Source of the DNA: Candidatus Spongiisociaceae bacterium
GTDB lineage: Bacteria; Actinomycetota; Acidimicrobiia; Spongiisociales; Spongiisociaceae
DNA: 64,000 bases
Direction of reading: 5' to 3'
NCBI GenBank assembly: GCA_965262915.1
Contig: OZ253564.1
Span: 4,448,001 to 4,512,000, forward strand
The position numbers were made by a program, and so were the translations under genes. The notes beneath the pieces are model-generated. The model was given only the letters and a program-made list of their open reading frames with translations, was not told the origin of the DNA and did no database searches. The first letter of the stretch is position 1. Each line of letters begins with the position of its first letter. Positions 21,481 through 32,404 of the stretch are shown here, piece by piece.

Positions 21481-21711
21481 AACAGCCGTGGATGTCACCT
21501 ACTAGCGCGAGCCTGGTTCCCATGACCCTCCCAGCCCAGGAGTACATCGCCACATACCTACCCCCAGCCATCCCGACAGCGACTCTGGTCTGGGTCGGGA
21601 GCCGTCAACCGCAAGCAACTCCGAACGAGCGTGGAGGTCTGCCGCTAGGACCCTGTGACAGCCCTGCGCCGAACATCCGCGTCGGAACCCGACACGCCAC
21701 TGCGAATGCGG

Positions 21712-22296
21712 CTAGTCACCCGCCCCCTCTGCGGGTTTCTGACCCGTGTTGTCGACTCGTGTGTTGTATAGCTCTCGGGCTGCGGCCAACTCGGCACCCA
21801 CGCGGGCCAGCACATCCCGTTTGTGCTCCAACAGGTCAGCCTCGTAATAGACACCGTGAATGTGACATGCAGGGGCGGCTCTAGCCTTGAGGATACGATC
21901 CAAGACGGTGTTGGACAGCCTCCGTCCCATGTAGCTGATCTCGGTCGGTGCCACAATGCCCTCCACCCACCCCGGCGTTGGATGGTCCCACCGTTCGCAC
22001 AGGCCCCTAACTACCGCAGCGACGGTGGCCACGTCGTAAGGGTCGCCAGCAGCAACGTCGGGTCCGGTGTCTACCATCCAGGCCCGCTCGGCGGGGTTGT
22101 TCCGCCACTCGACACAGAAACCCTTGATGACAGTATGAACCGCCGCTGTCACCGTTCCGGCCGCTTCCAGCTCACGGTAGGCGGCGAGCACCGCCGGCAG
22201 CTCCGGAACCCGGCGCGGCTTCCACCCGAGGCGGGAATCAACATTCCGCGATGTGACGATCCCCTGGTCACGTTCGCGGCTGGTGCTAGATGACAT
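21712..22296 (-). CDS. Hypothetical protein, probable partner of DUF6036-type nucleotidyltransferases
   Basis: AAVVRGLCERWDHPTPGWV...PACHIHGVYY; paralog of 28629..29005; role is inference. Confidence 0.6.
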   Translation of the reverse strand: MSSSTSRERDQGIVTSRNVDSRLGWKPRRVPELPAVLAAYRELEAAGTVTAAVHTVIKGFCVEWRNNPAERAWMVDTGPDVAAGDPYDVATVAAVVRGLCERWDHPTPGWVEGIVAPTEISYMGRRLSNTVLDRILKARAAPACHIHGVYYEADLLEHKRDVLARVGAELAAARELYNTRVDNTGQKPAEGAGD

Positions 22297-22572
22297 GGTG
22301 GTGCTCCTACAGGGGGCCCGCAGTATGGGAGGTTGCTGGTCCTGGTGTCAACAATGATCCCTCCACAGCTGCCGCTGGCCGTCGGAGACCACGCACAGAC
22401 TCGATGACGATACAGAACGTCGCGGCAGCCCCCGCCGGCAACGGTCAGACAAGAGGCGCAACACCGCCCGCGGGGACCCAGCCGACAATGCCCATTGGAA
22501 ACAGCAGAGGACGCCCCTGGCACCGGCCGGAGGTAACATTGGCATCGGCCGGACGTGGAAAGCGGAGCTCTC

Positions 22573-23238
22573 ATGGCGGGGATCGAGAAGGTGGCGACGA
22601 TCGTCCGGATGGGCGATCCTGACCCCGACGCCGGATTCTGGTTGTCTCGTCCTCCAACCGAGCGGGTCGCTCATCTTCGGGAGCTGCAAGCGTATTACTA
22701 CGGCCCTGACGCTGCGGACGGAGGGAATCACATGCCGCTCGGGAACGACTTGCAGGAGTTCGTCGAGTTGTGCCTTCAACGCGGGGTACGTTTTTTGGTC
22801 GTTGGCGGTTACGCTGTGGTCGCCCACGGCCACCCCCGCTTGACCAAGGACCTCGATATCTGGGTTTGGGTCGAGTCCGAGAACGCGACACGCGTAGCCG
22901 CAGTGCTCGACGAGTTCGGCTTTGGGTCAGTCGGGCTGTCAGCGGAGGACTTTGCTGTGGAGGGACCCGGTGTTCAGCTAGGTCGCCCGCCGAACCGGAT
23001 CGACATACTGACCAGCATCGACGGGGTGGACTTCGAGTCGTGCTGGCAGCGGCGAGAGGAGTTCCCGGTGGGCCCCCTGACGGTTCCCTTCATCGGCTTG
23101 GACGACCTGGAACACAACAAACTAGCCGCCGGTCGTCACCAAGACTTGGCCGACGTGGAAGCCCTGCGACGTAACCGTGCAGCGCGGTGGACTCCCGACC
23201 GCGACAACTCGGCGAACAGCCGCAGCCCGGAACTCTGA
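22573..23238 (+). CDS. Nucleotidyltransferase (DUF6036-like) fused to a small antitoxin-like peptide
   Basis: FWLSRPPTERV leader; MPLGNDLQEF..FLVVGGYAVVAHGHPRLTKDLDIWV..NKLAAGRHQDLAD. Confidence 0.8.
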   Translation: MAGIEKVATIVRMGDPDPDAGFWLSRPPTERVAHLRELQAYYYGPDAADGGNHMPLGNDLQEFVELCLQRGVRFLVVGGYAVVAHGHPRLTKDLDIWVWVESENATRVAAVLDEFGFGSVGLSAEDFAVEGPGVQLGRPPNRIDILTSIDGVDFESCWQRREEFPVGPLTVPFIGLDDLEHNKLAAGRHQDLADVEALRRNRAARWTPDRDNSANSRSPEL

Positions 23239-23288
23239 CCGCGGGTGGCGTAGCCCCCCGAAGGCCCATTAGCGGACCCGACGGGGTC

Positions 23289-24340
23289 TCAGAGACCGAA
23301 GGTCGGCCCCTGGTAGCCGTGCTGAGGGCCGCGGGCGTCAAGGCCCTTCGCCTCGTAGTGGCGGCAACCCACCGACTGGCAGTTACAGGCCTCGTCGAGC
23401 GTTACCCGCATCGCCCGCCGCCCTCGGGGATCACCTACCAGCCCGCTGAGCGCCTCAACGAAGGCCAGCGCGTTGTACGCGCCCACAGCGGTGTGCGGAT
23501 CCGACAAAGCCACCAACTCCCCATCGGGGGTGGCGGCCACCAGACTGTGCTCGTTTCCGGCTGCGGCGACACTGACTCTCACAGCGTCGCCGGGCCGGTC
23601 GGCGTGGATCTGGGGGGAGCCCGCGAAGCGGAGCGGGTAGTGAACATCGACGACATCGGCGTCCTCCTTCGTGTGGTACAGCCCCGAGCCGCGGAGCGCC
23701 AGACCCTGGGCAGCGCAGATCGTCATGTCCCATCCCGATGTCCGCTCGGTGGCGGACTGTACTGACAGGTACACGCGGTGGTCTCTCCGCTCGGTTCCCG
23801 CTTCTGGCATCAGCTCGGGATGGGCGGCGGCGTAGTCGTCCCACACGTCCTCGATGATGCGTCGGGAGGTGGCGGGCACAGGGTGGTGCGGGCATGCCTG
23901 CTCGAACAGGTCGTACAGATCGTCGCTGCTGCGGGGGCGGACAGCGCCTATGAGGGCCGGCATGTCCCCGATGTCGATGCCTCGACCGGAGCGCAACTTC
24001 ATGACCATCAACATGTGGGCGCTGGCACCGGACACCGCCAGGTTCGATCCCTGGTAGATGAGGCTGGGCGACCCGGGTACCGTCCCGGTGGGGACAGCAA
24101 CCTTGACAGCATCATTCAGCCAGTGAACACCGAGACCTCCCGCTTCGGCCACGGCCGCTACCGCATCCCAGAACATCTGGGGAATCCCCACGTTCACCAC
24201 GTCCACGTCGTAGGTGCTCCGTCGGGGGTTCCACTGCATCGCTACTGCTGCGCCGCCCACCACGAGGAGTTCGACAGGAACAGCCAGACCACCGAGGCGG
24301 GCATCCAACGCTGGGAACAGCTCACCGATCCGCTCGACGG
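23289..24340 (-). CDS. DUF6036-like nucleotidyltransferase with a C-terminal extension (start uncertain)
   Basis: ELLVVGGAAVAMQW..RRSTYDVD, WLNDAV, MKLRSGR.ID. Confidence 0.75.
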
Positions 24341-24387
24341 TCAGCTCCTCGGGCCTAGGACTGAGGTGACCCCGGCGCTGGCGGTGC

Positions 24388-26001
24388 TCTGGTGGGCAGC
24401 CGAGCTGATCAGGGCTCGTCGCAACACGTGGGCGGCCAACGACCAGGACCAGCCACAGCTCCAGATGCTGTCAGGGTCCGGTGGTACAGCCCGAACGCTG
24501 CTAGCTCCCCGCACAGCGCCTTCTGAAGGCGGGGACGCCAAGGCCCCGGTGGGAGACCCGCAGGGAACTGGGTGGGCCCTTTGCGGGGCCGTAGCGTTCG
24601 GGTTTGTTTTGGGGGTTGGTGTCATGCTGCGGGTCGGAGACCGTTGAGCCAGTCTTGCACTTCGTGGTGTAGCCAGCCCACAGCCCGGCTACCGGGAGGT
24701 CCCAGCCGCACGTGCCGGGGAAACGACCCGTCCCCGATTCGACGCCAGATCGTGGTTCTGCTCAAACCGGTCATCTCGGTCACTTCGCGCTGTCTCAGGA
24801 TTCGGATGTTGCGGCGGGGTGTTCGCTTACTCATCTCGGGGTTTCCTTTCCGATCGAATTCCTGTATTTGGTTGCTGCGGCCCTCCGATGGGGAAGGTCC
24901 GGGCTATTTGGTCGGCGAACGTAGCGGCCCGGACCGTGTGCGACCGTGCGACTAACCGTGCGTTTAGCCCCAAACCGTGCGACTAACCGTGCGTCTGTCT
25001 CTGACCTGGGGTTTCGCGGTACCACAGATACCGCCCTACCCCCCTCAGCACCCGACCCGGAACATGAGATTGCCCATCCGGGTACCGCTGTACCCACCAG
25101 GTGGGTGCCCGCGTCGTGGGACAAAGAGGGGTCGTGTTGTTGGTTTTTCATCTCGGGGTTTCCTTTCCGATTGGATTCTGTTTTTGGCTGCGGCCCGTCC
25201 TGCCGGTGGGGAGAGCCCAGCTGTTTGGTCGGCGACCGTAGCGGCACCAACAGCGCGCGACCGCTCGCTCAAAGGCGCGATCGCCGCCAAAAGGCTCGCT
25301 CGCGAGCGCGCTCGTCTCTGACCTGGGGTTTCGCGGCACCCGAGATACCGTCCTACCCCCCTTCAACACCCGACCCCCGACACCAGATCGCCCCACCTGG
25401 TATCCCTGTATCCCCGGTCCGTGCCCCCGAGAAACGGTCCCGGAGCGGCTACGAACAGGGCCGGGTACCGCTGTACACCCTGCATCCGATGGGGTGTTGC
25501 GAGCCTCGGAAAGGTGGGAGCCCTCAATGTCTGGAGGGGATCGCTGTCATCTCCCGCCTGCCCTGCAAACCCGGTGTCCCGACCCCGGGCGGGCCGGTTC
25601 CGCCGCCGGCCTGTTTCCCACAACTCCCTGCCGGACCAGGGGCAGGTTCTGTAGAACCCGGGGGGAGTCGCGTCGGTGGGGCTGTTGGACGGGTGTACGG
25701 GTGGTGTCGGATGGTCTCGGGATGGTCCGGGGGGATGTGGGCGTGGGGGGATGATTCGTGGGGCTGTTCGAGCCGGGGAGAGTAGATCGTGGCCGGTGTG
25801 GGGGGTAGTGGAGTATCCGGGGGGGGGGGGGGGGACCGGTGTATCCGATCGGGGGGGACCTGGGTATCTTGGGTGTGGCTTCTGACCGGGGTGAGAGGGT
25901 GTGTCAACCCGGGTTAAAACAGAGGCACGTTTGCATTAGAAATGCGGAAGCGTGGTACCCCCCTCTGGGTACTGCTGTATCCCACCCCGCGAGGCAGTGG
26001 T
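24388..26001. repeat. Left arm of ~1.6-kb inverted duplication
   Basis: Collinear reverse complement of 26459-28046. Confidence 0.9.
24622..24834 (-). CDS. alpA: AlpA-family regulator/excisionase
   Basis: ILRQREVTEMTGLSRTTIWRRIGDGSFP..VRLG..SRAVGW..EVQDWL; AAAGGA RBS. Confidence 0.92.
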   Translation of the reverse strand: MSKRTPRRNIRILRQREVTEMTGLSRTTIWRRIGDGSFPRHVRLGPPGSRAVGWLHHEVQDWLNGLRPAA

Positions 26002-26458
26002 GTTTCCCTGCGCTCGGTCCTTCGCGGACCCCAGCGCCCGATCACCAACCGGGAGGGCTGTTCGGTCGCCTGCTACGCGCCGCTAATCTGACACCGAAGC
26101 CGGCGTCGCAACAGTCCCAGGCTGGGGTCGTAGTGTCCTGATGGGTTGGACCGGCGGCTACGCCGACGATCGCATCAACGCTGCGGTAGTGCCGCTGGGA
26201 TACGGGTTCGCTGCCTTCTTACCGTCGATGGGTGCTCTTGGCCGTGGCGAGCGGTTCGGCACTCGGCGTGGGTGCAAGGACGCGCAGTCGTGAAGTTAGG
26301 TGGCTCCGCTCCGGCTTGCCCGAATCGTCGATGAACAGCACACGCCAACTCAAGAATCTCCTCCCGAGTGCTCCTTGGACAGCATCCTCGGATCCCCCGG
26401 ACGCCCCTCGCCCGTCGGCGCCTGTCACGCCCCGAGTTGGCCGCGCGGCGGACGAAGA

Positions 26459-28046
26459 TACCACCGTATCTCGGGGGTGGGGTACAGCGGTACTCACAGG
26501 GGGGTACCACGCTTCCGCATTTCTAATGCAAACGTGCCTCTGTTTTAACCCGGGTTGACACGCCCTCTCACCCCGGTCAGCACCCACACTCTAGATATCC
26601 AGGTACCCCCCGATCGGATACTCCGGTCCCCCCCGGGTACTCCACTACCGCCCCACACCGGCCACGATCACTCCCCGGCTCGAACAGGCCCATAAGACCT
26701 CCTTCCAGTCCCACACCCCGCACCGTCCCGAGACCATCCGACAAACACCCGTCCAGCAGCTCCACCTACGCGGCTCTCCCCCGGCATCACAGAACCTGGC
26801 ACTCGTCCGGCGGGCAACGGGGTTGGGGGCACCGGGTTTGCAGGGCAGCAGGCGGGAGGTGACAGCGATCACCTCCAGACATTGAGGGCTCCCACCGTGC
26901 CTAGGCCCGCAACACCCGATCCGATGCTGGGTGTACAGCGGTACCTGGCCGTGCCCGTAGCCGCTCCGGGACCGTTCTGGCGGGGCGCCGAGGCGGGGTA
27001 CAGCAGTCCGGCGGAGGGGAAATGGGTGCCGCCGGGTGGGGTGTTGAGGGGGGGGTAGGACGGTATCTGTGGTGTCGCGAAACGCCAGGTCAGAGACGAG
27101 CGCGCTCGCGAGCGAGCCTTTTTGGGGTGAGCGCGCCTTTGAGCGAGCGGTCGCGCGCTGTTGGTGCCGCTACGGTCGCCGACCAAATAGCTGGGCTCTC
27201 CCCACCGGCAGGACGGGCAGCAGCCAAAAACAGGAATTCGAATCGGAAAGGAAAATGCCGAGATGAGAAACCAACAACACGACCCTTCTTTGTCCCACGA
27301 CGCGGGCACCGACCTGGTGGGTACAGCGGTACCCGGATGGGCAATCTCATGTTGCGGGTCGGGTGCTGAGGGGGGTAGGGCGGTATCGCGGATGTCGCGA
27401 AACGCCAGGTCAGAGACAGACGCACGGTTAGTCGCACGGTTTGGGGCTAAACGCACGGTTAGTCGCACGGTCGCGCACGGTCCGGGCCGCTACGTTCGCG
27501 GACCAAATAGCTGGGCTCTCCCATCGGAGGGCCGCAGCAACCAAGTACAGGAATCCGAATCGGAAAGGAAACCTCGAGATGAGTAAGCGAACACCCCGCC
27601 GCAACATCCGAATCCTGAGACAGCCTGAAGTGACCGAGATGACCGGTTTGAGCAGAACCACGATCTGGCGTCGAGTCCGGGACGGGTCGTTCCCCCAGCC
27701 TGTGCGGCTGGGACCTCCCGGTAGCCGGGCTGTGGGTTGGCTACACCACGAAGTGCAAGACTGGCTCAACGGTCTCCGACCCGCAGCATGACACCAACCC
27801 CCAAAACAAGCCCGAACGCTACGGCCCCGCAAAGGACCCACCCAGTTCCCTGCGGGTCTTCCACCGGGGCCTTGGCGTCCCCGCCTTCAGAAGGCGCTGT
27901 GCGGGGAGCTGGCAGCGGTCGGGCTGCACGACCGGGCCGGCCGGCCGGTTCATCGGATCCCGACAGCATCTGGAGCTGTGGCCGGTCCTGGCCGGTCGTC
28001 TCCCACCTGTCACGGCCAGGCCTGATCAGCTCGGCTGCCCACCAGA
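26459..28046. repeat. Right arm of ~1.6-kb inverted duplication
   Basis: Reverse complement of 24388-26001. Confidence 0.9.
27579..27791 (+). CDS. alpA: AlpA-family regulator/excisionase, second copy
   Basis: 5 of 70 residues differ from the left copy. Confidence 0.92.
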   Translation: MSKRTPRRNIRILRQPEVTEMTGLSRTTIWRRVRDGSFPQPVRLGPPGSRAVGWLHHEVQDWLNGLRPAA

Positions 28047-28149
28047 AGTGGCCACTCCCCCGTCGCAGGACCCCCGGGCGGGTGGACCAACCCGGCGGGG
28101 CAAACAAATGTCAGTCACCTAACTGAAACATGAGAAAGGAAGCGAGACG

Positions 28150-28485
28150 ATGGCTAGACGACGCAGAAAGAGGCCACCACCCCGACGCCGCGCCGCCAGC
28201 ACCCACGACGCCAAACCGGCGAAGTCGCCAGACCTGTCGGCTCCTTACCATTCCCCGTGGGCACGCGCCCTCCAGATCGCCGAGCGGCGCCGCCAACAGC
28301 AGGCAGCCCTTGGGGACACAAACCGTGAACTACGAGCCGTGTGCACCGAACTCCACAAAACAGGCGCCACTCTGAGACAGATCGGGAACCTCATAGGGGT
28401 ATCAGCCCAAGCTGTCCACTCCTACTGGCTAACCCCCACACCCACCGAACCCCGGCGAACCCCGGCGATCGACATCTGCTCATAG
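28150..28485 (+). CDS. Small HTH DNA-binding protein
   Basis: AGAAAGGA RBS; GATLRQIGNLIGVSAQAVH. Confidence 0.65.
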   Translation: MARRRRKRPPPRRRAASTHDAKPAKSPDLSAPYHSPWARALQIAERRRQQQAALGDTNRELRAVCTELHKTGATLRQIGNLIGVSAQAVHSYWLTPTPTEPRRTPAIDICS

Positions 28486-28628
28486 GACGGTTGTGGGTAC
28501 GCCCGCGGCTGCGTTCATCTGCGGTTGTCGGCGTATGACACCCGCGGGGACGACAACGTTATCCGCCGCCGCGAACAGACCCCACAACCCCCTCCACGGT
28601 CAGGGCACCGCCAGCATCCGGGGTCACC

Positions 28629-29005
28629 TCAGTCCCAGGGCAGCCACCAGTCGGGGTTCCCTTGTCGAGCATTCAGGGGTGGAACCAGACCCGATGGTAG
28701 GTGCACACGGCCGGCGATCGCCGACGTACCCACCGGGCGTAGCCCCCGTCGAACGGCCACCCGAACAGCATCACGTCGGCAGGAGCGCGATAGCCGAGCA
28801 CTCAACCCGGCAGGGCCATCCCGGCACGGTCTGCCAATGCGTGGACAACCACGGCGACCGCCGGGAGCAACAGCCCATCGTCGCTGTGGTAGATGGGGGC
28901 CTCCGCTATCAGCGCCGGCCGGTCATCCGCAACGTTCCAATCCCAAATGAACTGCAACAACGGGAACCGGTACGGGCTGGTGTCGACACTGGGCGGGACC
29001 GACAT
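28629..29005 (-). pseudogene. Paralog of 21712..22296 with in-frame TGA stops
   Basis: AVVVHALADRAGMALPG*VLG...SPAVCTYHRVWFHP*MLD. Confidence 0.65.
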
Positions 29006-29345
29006 GAGCGGCGGCAGGTCCGCCACGGTCAGAGGCGCCCGCCTGCCAACGCGTCCGGGTAAGGTCTCGGGCTGTGCCCTGGCTGCCTCGGGTGGGGGAC
29101 GGCGACGCGCCGTCGCCACTCCCCGGCCCGCAACTGACCGATGCCACCAATAACACCTGCAGGGTTTCGGGCCCCGTTTGGGCCGTCCCCCTCGCGAAAC
29201 GGCGAATTCCGGGCTTCCCCCTGACCCCCGAACACCCGAAGCGCCGTTCCCAGGCGTCTGGAGGCCTCTCAGCAGTCTCTTGTGCCAATCTGTGCGGGGG
29301 GGTAACGTTCGTATCTGACAGGATAAGGGGTGAAAGGAACAACGC

Positions 29346-29624
29346 GTGGACACCGCCAAGACCTTTCAAGCGAAGCGGGTACGCAGCCTCGGAGACCAGG
29401 CTGTCACCTTCCGGTCGCCCGACCACCGCCACGGCGATCTGGTGACCCTCGATGTTTACGACCGTGGCCACTACGACCACACCGCCACCTACCGAGTGAG
29501 CCACCGGCCCAGCACCGCCGACGAGCGGCTGGTGTGGCCACCCGAGGTGCTCGCCTTCCCGGCCCGCGACCCGGAACCCGCTACGGTAGGGCCAACCCGT
29601 CGGAGAACCGCTAAAACCGGTTAG
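29346..29624 (+). CDS. Small hypothetical protein
   Basis: GAAAGGA RBS before GTG. Confidence 0.45.
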   Translation: MDTAKTFQAKRVRSLGDQAVTFRSPDHRHGDLVTLDVYDRGHYDHTATYRVSHRPSTADERLVWPPEVLAFPARDPEPATVGPTRRRTAKTG

Positions 29625-29684
29625 TCCCCAAAGCAACCGTCAAGTCCCCCTGCCGGTACCCATCCGGACTCCGCCAGCGGATCG

Positions 29685-30100
29685 TCAGAGACCACTGCCA
29701 CACACCGGGGAACGGATGCCCCACACACAGTTCGCCTCCGGCGTGTCCCCCACCTCACACCAACCGCCCAGCCACTTGTCGTGCTCGGGAGCGTGCAGCC
29801 CGACCCGTTTCAGCAGCCGCCCGTCGGCCGCCTCGACTTGGGCCCGCTGCTCCGACATAGCCAGCCACTGCGGTGCGCAACCCCAGGGCGACGTTGCGGA
29901 TCACACGCCCATGTCGTTGTCGTACCAGACGAACAGCGGATGCGCCGACGAGACGATCTCGGTCATCCGCCATTCACAGCCCCTAGTGTCCGCCAGGTCG
30001 TCGTCGGAAGCCCACCACAGCCAGATCCGCGGACTACCCCCACCTACCCCCGGATCGCCAATCGTGATCAGATAGTCCCCCTTTGCCTTGTTGGATGGCT
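29685..30100 (-). pseudogene. Probable decayed hypothetical gene
   Basis: Trp-rich frame continues past the TGA at 29901. Confidence 0.35.
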
Positions 30101-30654
30101 CTGATGTGTGAACATCGGGGTCGGCTACTCGCCGTGGACGGCGCTCTCGACTTCGTAGGGACGCCAACCGTGCTCACCAGCGACCCCACACAGACGGGAC
30201 GGGTGATCACCTCCACCACAGCCGACGACCAGGTATGCGCCAGCAGGTCGGTCGGGGCCGCGTGTCTCCACCTCGAGAGCGACGACGCCGACCATCGTGG
30301 ACCCGACCGCGACAACCGGGATCGTACCCCCGCCTCTGGCCGCCCCGAGAGCAGAACCACCCCGCGTCTAGCGTCGGGCATCGGGATCTGATCGGGCTAC
30401 AGGGTTGAAGCGGCTACGAGGCGCGGTTGACCTGCTCTAGCGGTCGCTTTGACGGCTGCTGTCGGTGATGGTGGGGTGTTCCGGATAGGGCAACACGCTG
30501 AGGCGCCCGGGACCATCGCGCTGTAGGCCTGCGACGAGTAGCACCATGACCTATGCGAGGGGGCGGTCGGTTGTGGGGAACCGATGGGGAATGTCACAGG
30601 TGTTTGATACGTTGTTGAAACGGATCGTCGTGGTAGGAGTATGGGAGGGCTGTC

Positions 30655-31656
30655 ATGGGTTATCGGCTAGTGGAGAACGCGTTAGGGCCTGTGGTTCCGT
30701 ACTCGGACGTGTACGACGACGGCGGCGACTGGATCGGTTCGGTAGCGCAGGAGAACAACCCGCCGGTGTGGGTTCCGGTGAACACCTGGGGCTACAACCT
30801 TTGTCTCGGAGGTGGTGGGAGTTATGAGACGGTACACGACGCGGTGGAGGCTCTCTACGCTGACTATCGGCAGGACCGTGGTGACTTGTGGCTGCTACAG
30901 ACGGTGCTCACATTCGGGCGGGTCGAGAAGCCGGAGGGTCCGGGGCTGACACAAACGGTATGGGCCCCGGCCCTGGGTTTCGAGGGGTGGCCGTTCGGGG
31001 ACCTGGGATATCTCGGACGGGTCGAGATGACCGGACCGGGCCAATTCCGTGCCTTGGGCGAAACTCCACCGGCTGTGCCTTACCGGTCGGGGGTGGAGGC
31101 CGCATCCCTCGAAGCTGTGTGCTGTGACCTGCTCCGGCTACGTCAGCTACGGGACGCCGGTCGCTGGGCTGCCCCATCCGGGTGGACCCCACCGGACTAC
31201 ACGTATCAGCCAGCCGATGTGCTAAACGCTCCCGGGTTCGACGTGTCCGACAGCGACCGGAAAGTCGGATACGGCTGGGAAGGTGGCGGTGAGTGGGAAG
31301 CATTCGGGTATTCCCGACAACTCGGCTGGGGAGCCTGCCAGTTCTTAGCGTCGAGCCGGGCCGCGCTCAGCCATGCGCTCAGCATGTACTCCCATTACGA
31401 GGAGTGGGTAGAAACAACCGGACTGGCCGCTCCCCTACGAGAGAAACACTACTGGGAGGACCGCGACTACTACACCGTCTTCCACGAAGACACCTTTGTG
31501 GGAACCCTCACCATGGACCCTGTTTCGGTCACCGTCGAAACAGCCGACGGGCGATGCTGGTCACTCACCAACGACCGCGGAGACGAGTCCGTACGGAACC
31601 TCCACGCGTTGCAGCAGCTAGCCGCACACCACGGCCGAGTCGACATCGCGGCCTAG
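30655..31656 (+). CDS. Hypothetical protein
   Basis: 333 aa; GGGAGG RBS; no family recognised. Confidence 0.7.
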   Translation: MGYRLVENALGPVVPYSDVYDDGGDWIGSVAQENNPPVWVPVNTWGYNLCLGGGGSYETVHDAVEALYADYRQDRGDLWLLQTVLTFGRVEKPEGPGLTQTVWAPALGFEGWPFGDLGYLGRVEMTGPGQFRALGETPPAVPYRSGVEAASLEAVCCDLLRLRQLRDAGRWAAPSGWTPPDYTYQPADVLNAPGFDVSDSDRKVGYGWEGGGEWEAFGYSRQLGWGACQFLASSRAALSHALSMYSHYEEWVETTGLAAPLREKHYWEDRDYYTVFHEDTFVGTLTMDPVSVTVETADGRCWSLTNDRGDESVRNLHALQQLAAHHGRVDIAA

Positions 31657-31814
31657 GCTGAAGTGTTTAAGAGAACCCGTCTCGTGACAATTGCTGACAT
31701 CCACGGCATGGCCGAGTCCCTAACCGAAGCGCTTGCCGTGGCCGCCACCGGTGGGGACGGTTCGATTTCGTGTTGGCTGCGGGTGATGTGGAACCTAACC
31801 GTGACGAGACCGAC

Positions 31815-31941
31815 CGGAGTTCCCCCCGGTGACCGGACACTTCCACAGTGAGCACGTCGCGTCCTGGAGAATGGACGTGTGCGCTTCGAAGGGGTCCAGA
31901 TGGGAGGGAAACGACCGAGAAGAAAGTTCTCGGATGAGTTC
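31815..31941 (+). mobile_element. IS3-family left-end remnant
   Basis: IR CGGAGTTCCCCCCGGTGACCGGACAC resembles 1813; orfA start MGGKRPRRKFSDEF. Confidence 0.7.
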
Positions 31942-32317
31942 AGACAGCCGCACATCCTCCCCACCGTCCTAAACCCCATCCCACGCGTCTCGAACGCCGT
32001 ATCGGGATCCGCGCTTCGTCCAACCCGTCGCGCAGTTCCGCGTCCCGCCAACGGTCCACAACCACCACGGACAGCCGTCCGAAACGGTCCAACGCCACCC
32101 GCAGCAGCAGCTCAACATCGACAGCTCGCCGACCCAACGTCAGCACTCCCCGATACAACCCGTCCACCCCGTCACGACGGCCCCGCTCATCAAGGCGCGG
32201 GAGATTCGGGAATGCTGACAGACACGCCCGAGCTCCGAACTTCAGCCAATCGGCTACCACCGCCGAATAAGCCGCTCTGGTGCCCAGATCAACGCCCCAC
32301 CCCACCGGGCCGACCAT
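31940..32317 (-). pseudogene. Phage terminase large subunit nuclease-domain remnant
   Basis: WGVDLG..AAYSAV and VVVDRWRDAELRDGL resemble RNase H-fold terminase motifs (from recall). Confidence 0.55.
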
Positions 32318-32404
32318 CGGCGCCTCCCCCTCGATTCAACACCCACAACCCCGCATCGAGTGGCTTGATAAGGATGCCCCCTCTAGTGGCCGTAGCACGC
32401 CGAT

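Noticed and set aside
25819-25834. Poly-G tract as a phase-variation switch
   Set aside because: Not in an identifiable gene or promoter; length differs from the other arm and homopolymer lengths are error-prone.
27080-27100. SRP RNA, from the GCCAGGTCAG motif
   Set aside because: The downstream GGAAGGAAGCAGC motif is absent and the motif recurs four times in mobile DNA.
24830-27600. CRISPR array in the repeated modules
   Set aside because: No constant repeat with regular unique spacers, and no cas genes.
28673-29903. TGA recoding or selenocysteine in island ORFs
   Set aside because: Core genes use TGA as stop; the stops are simply explained by decay such as TGG>TGA.
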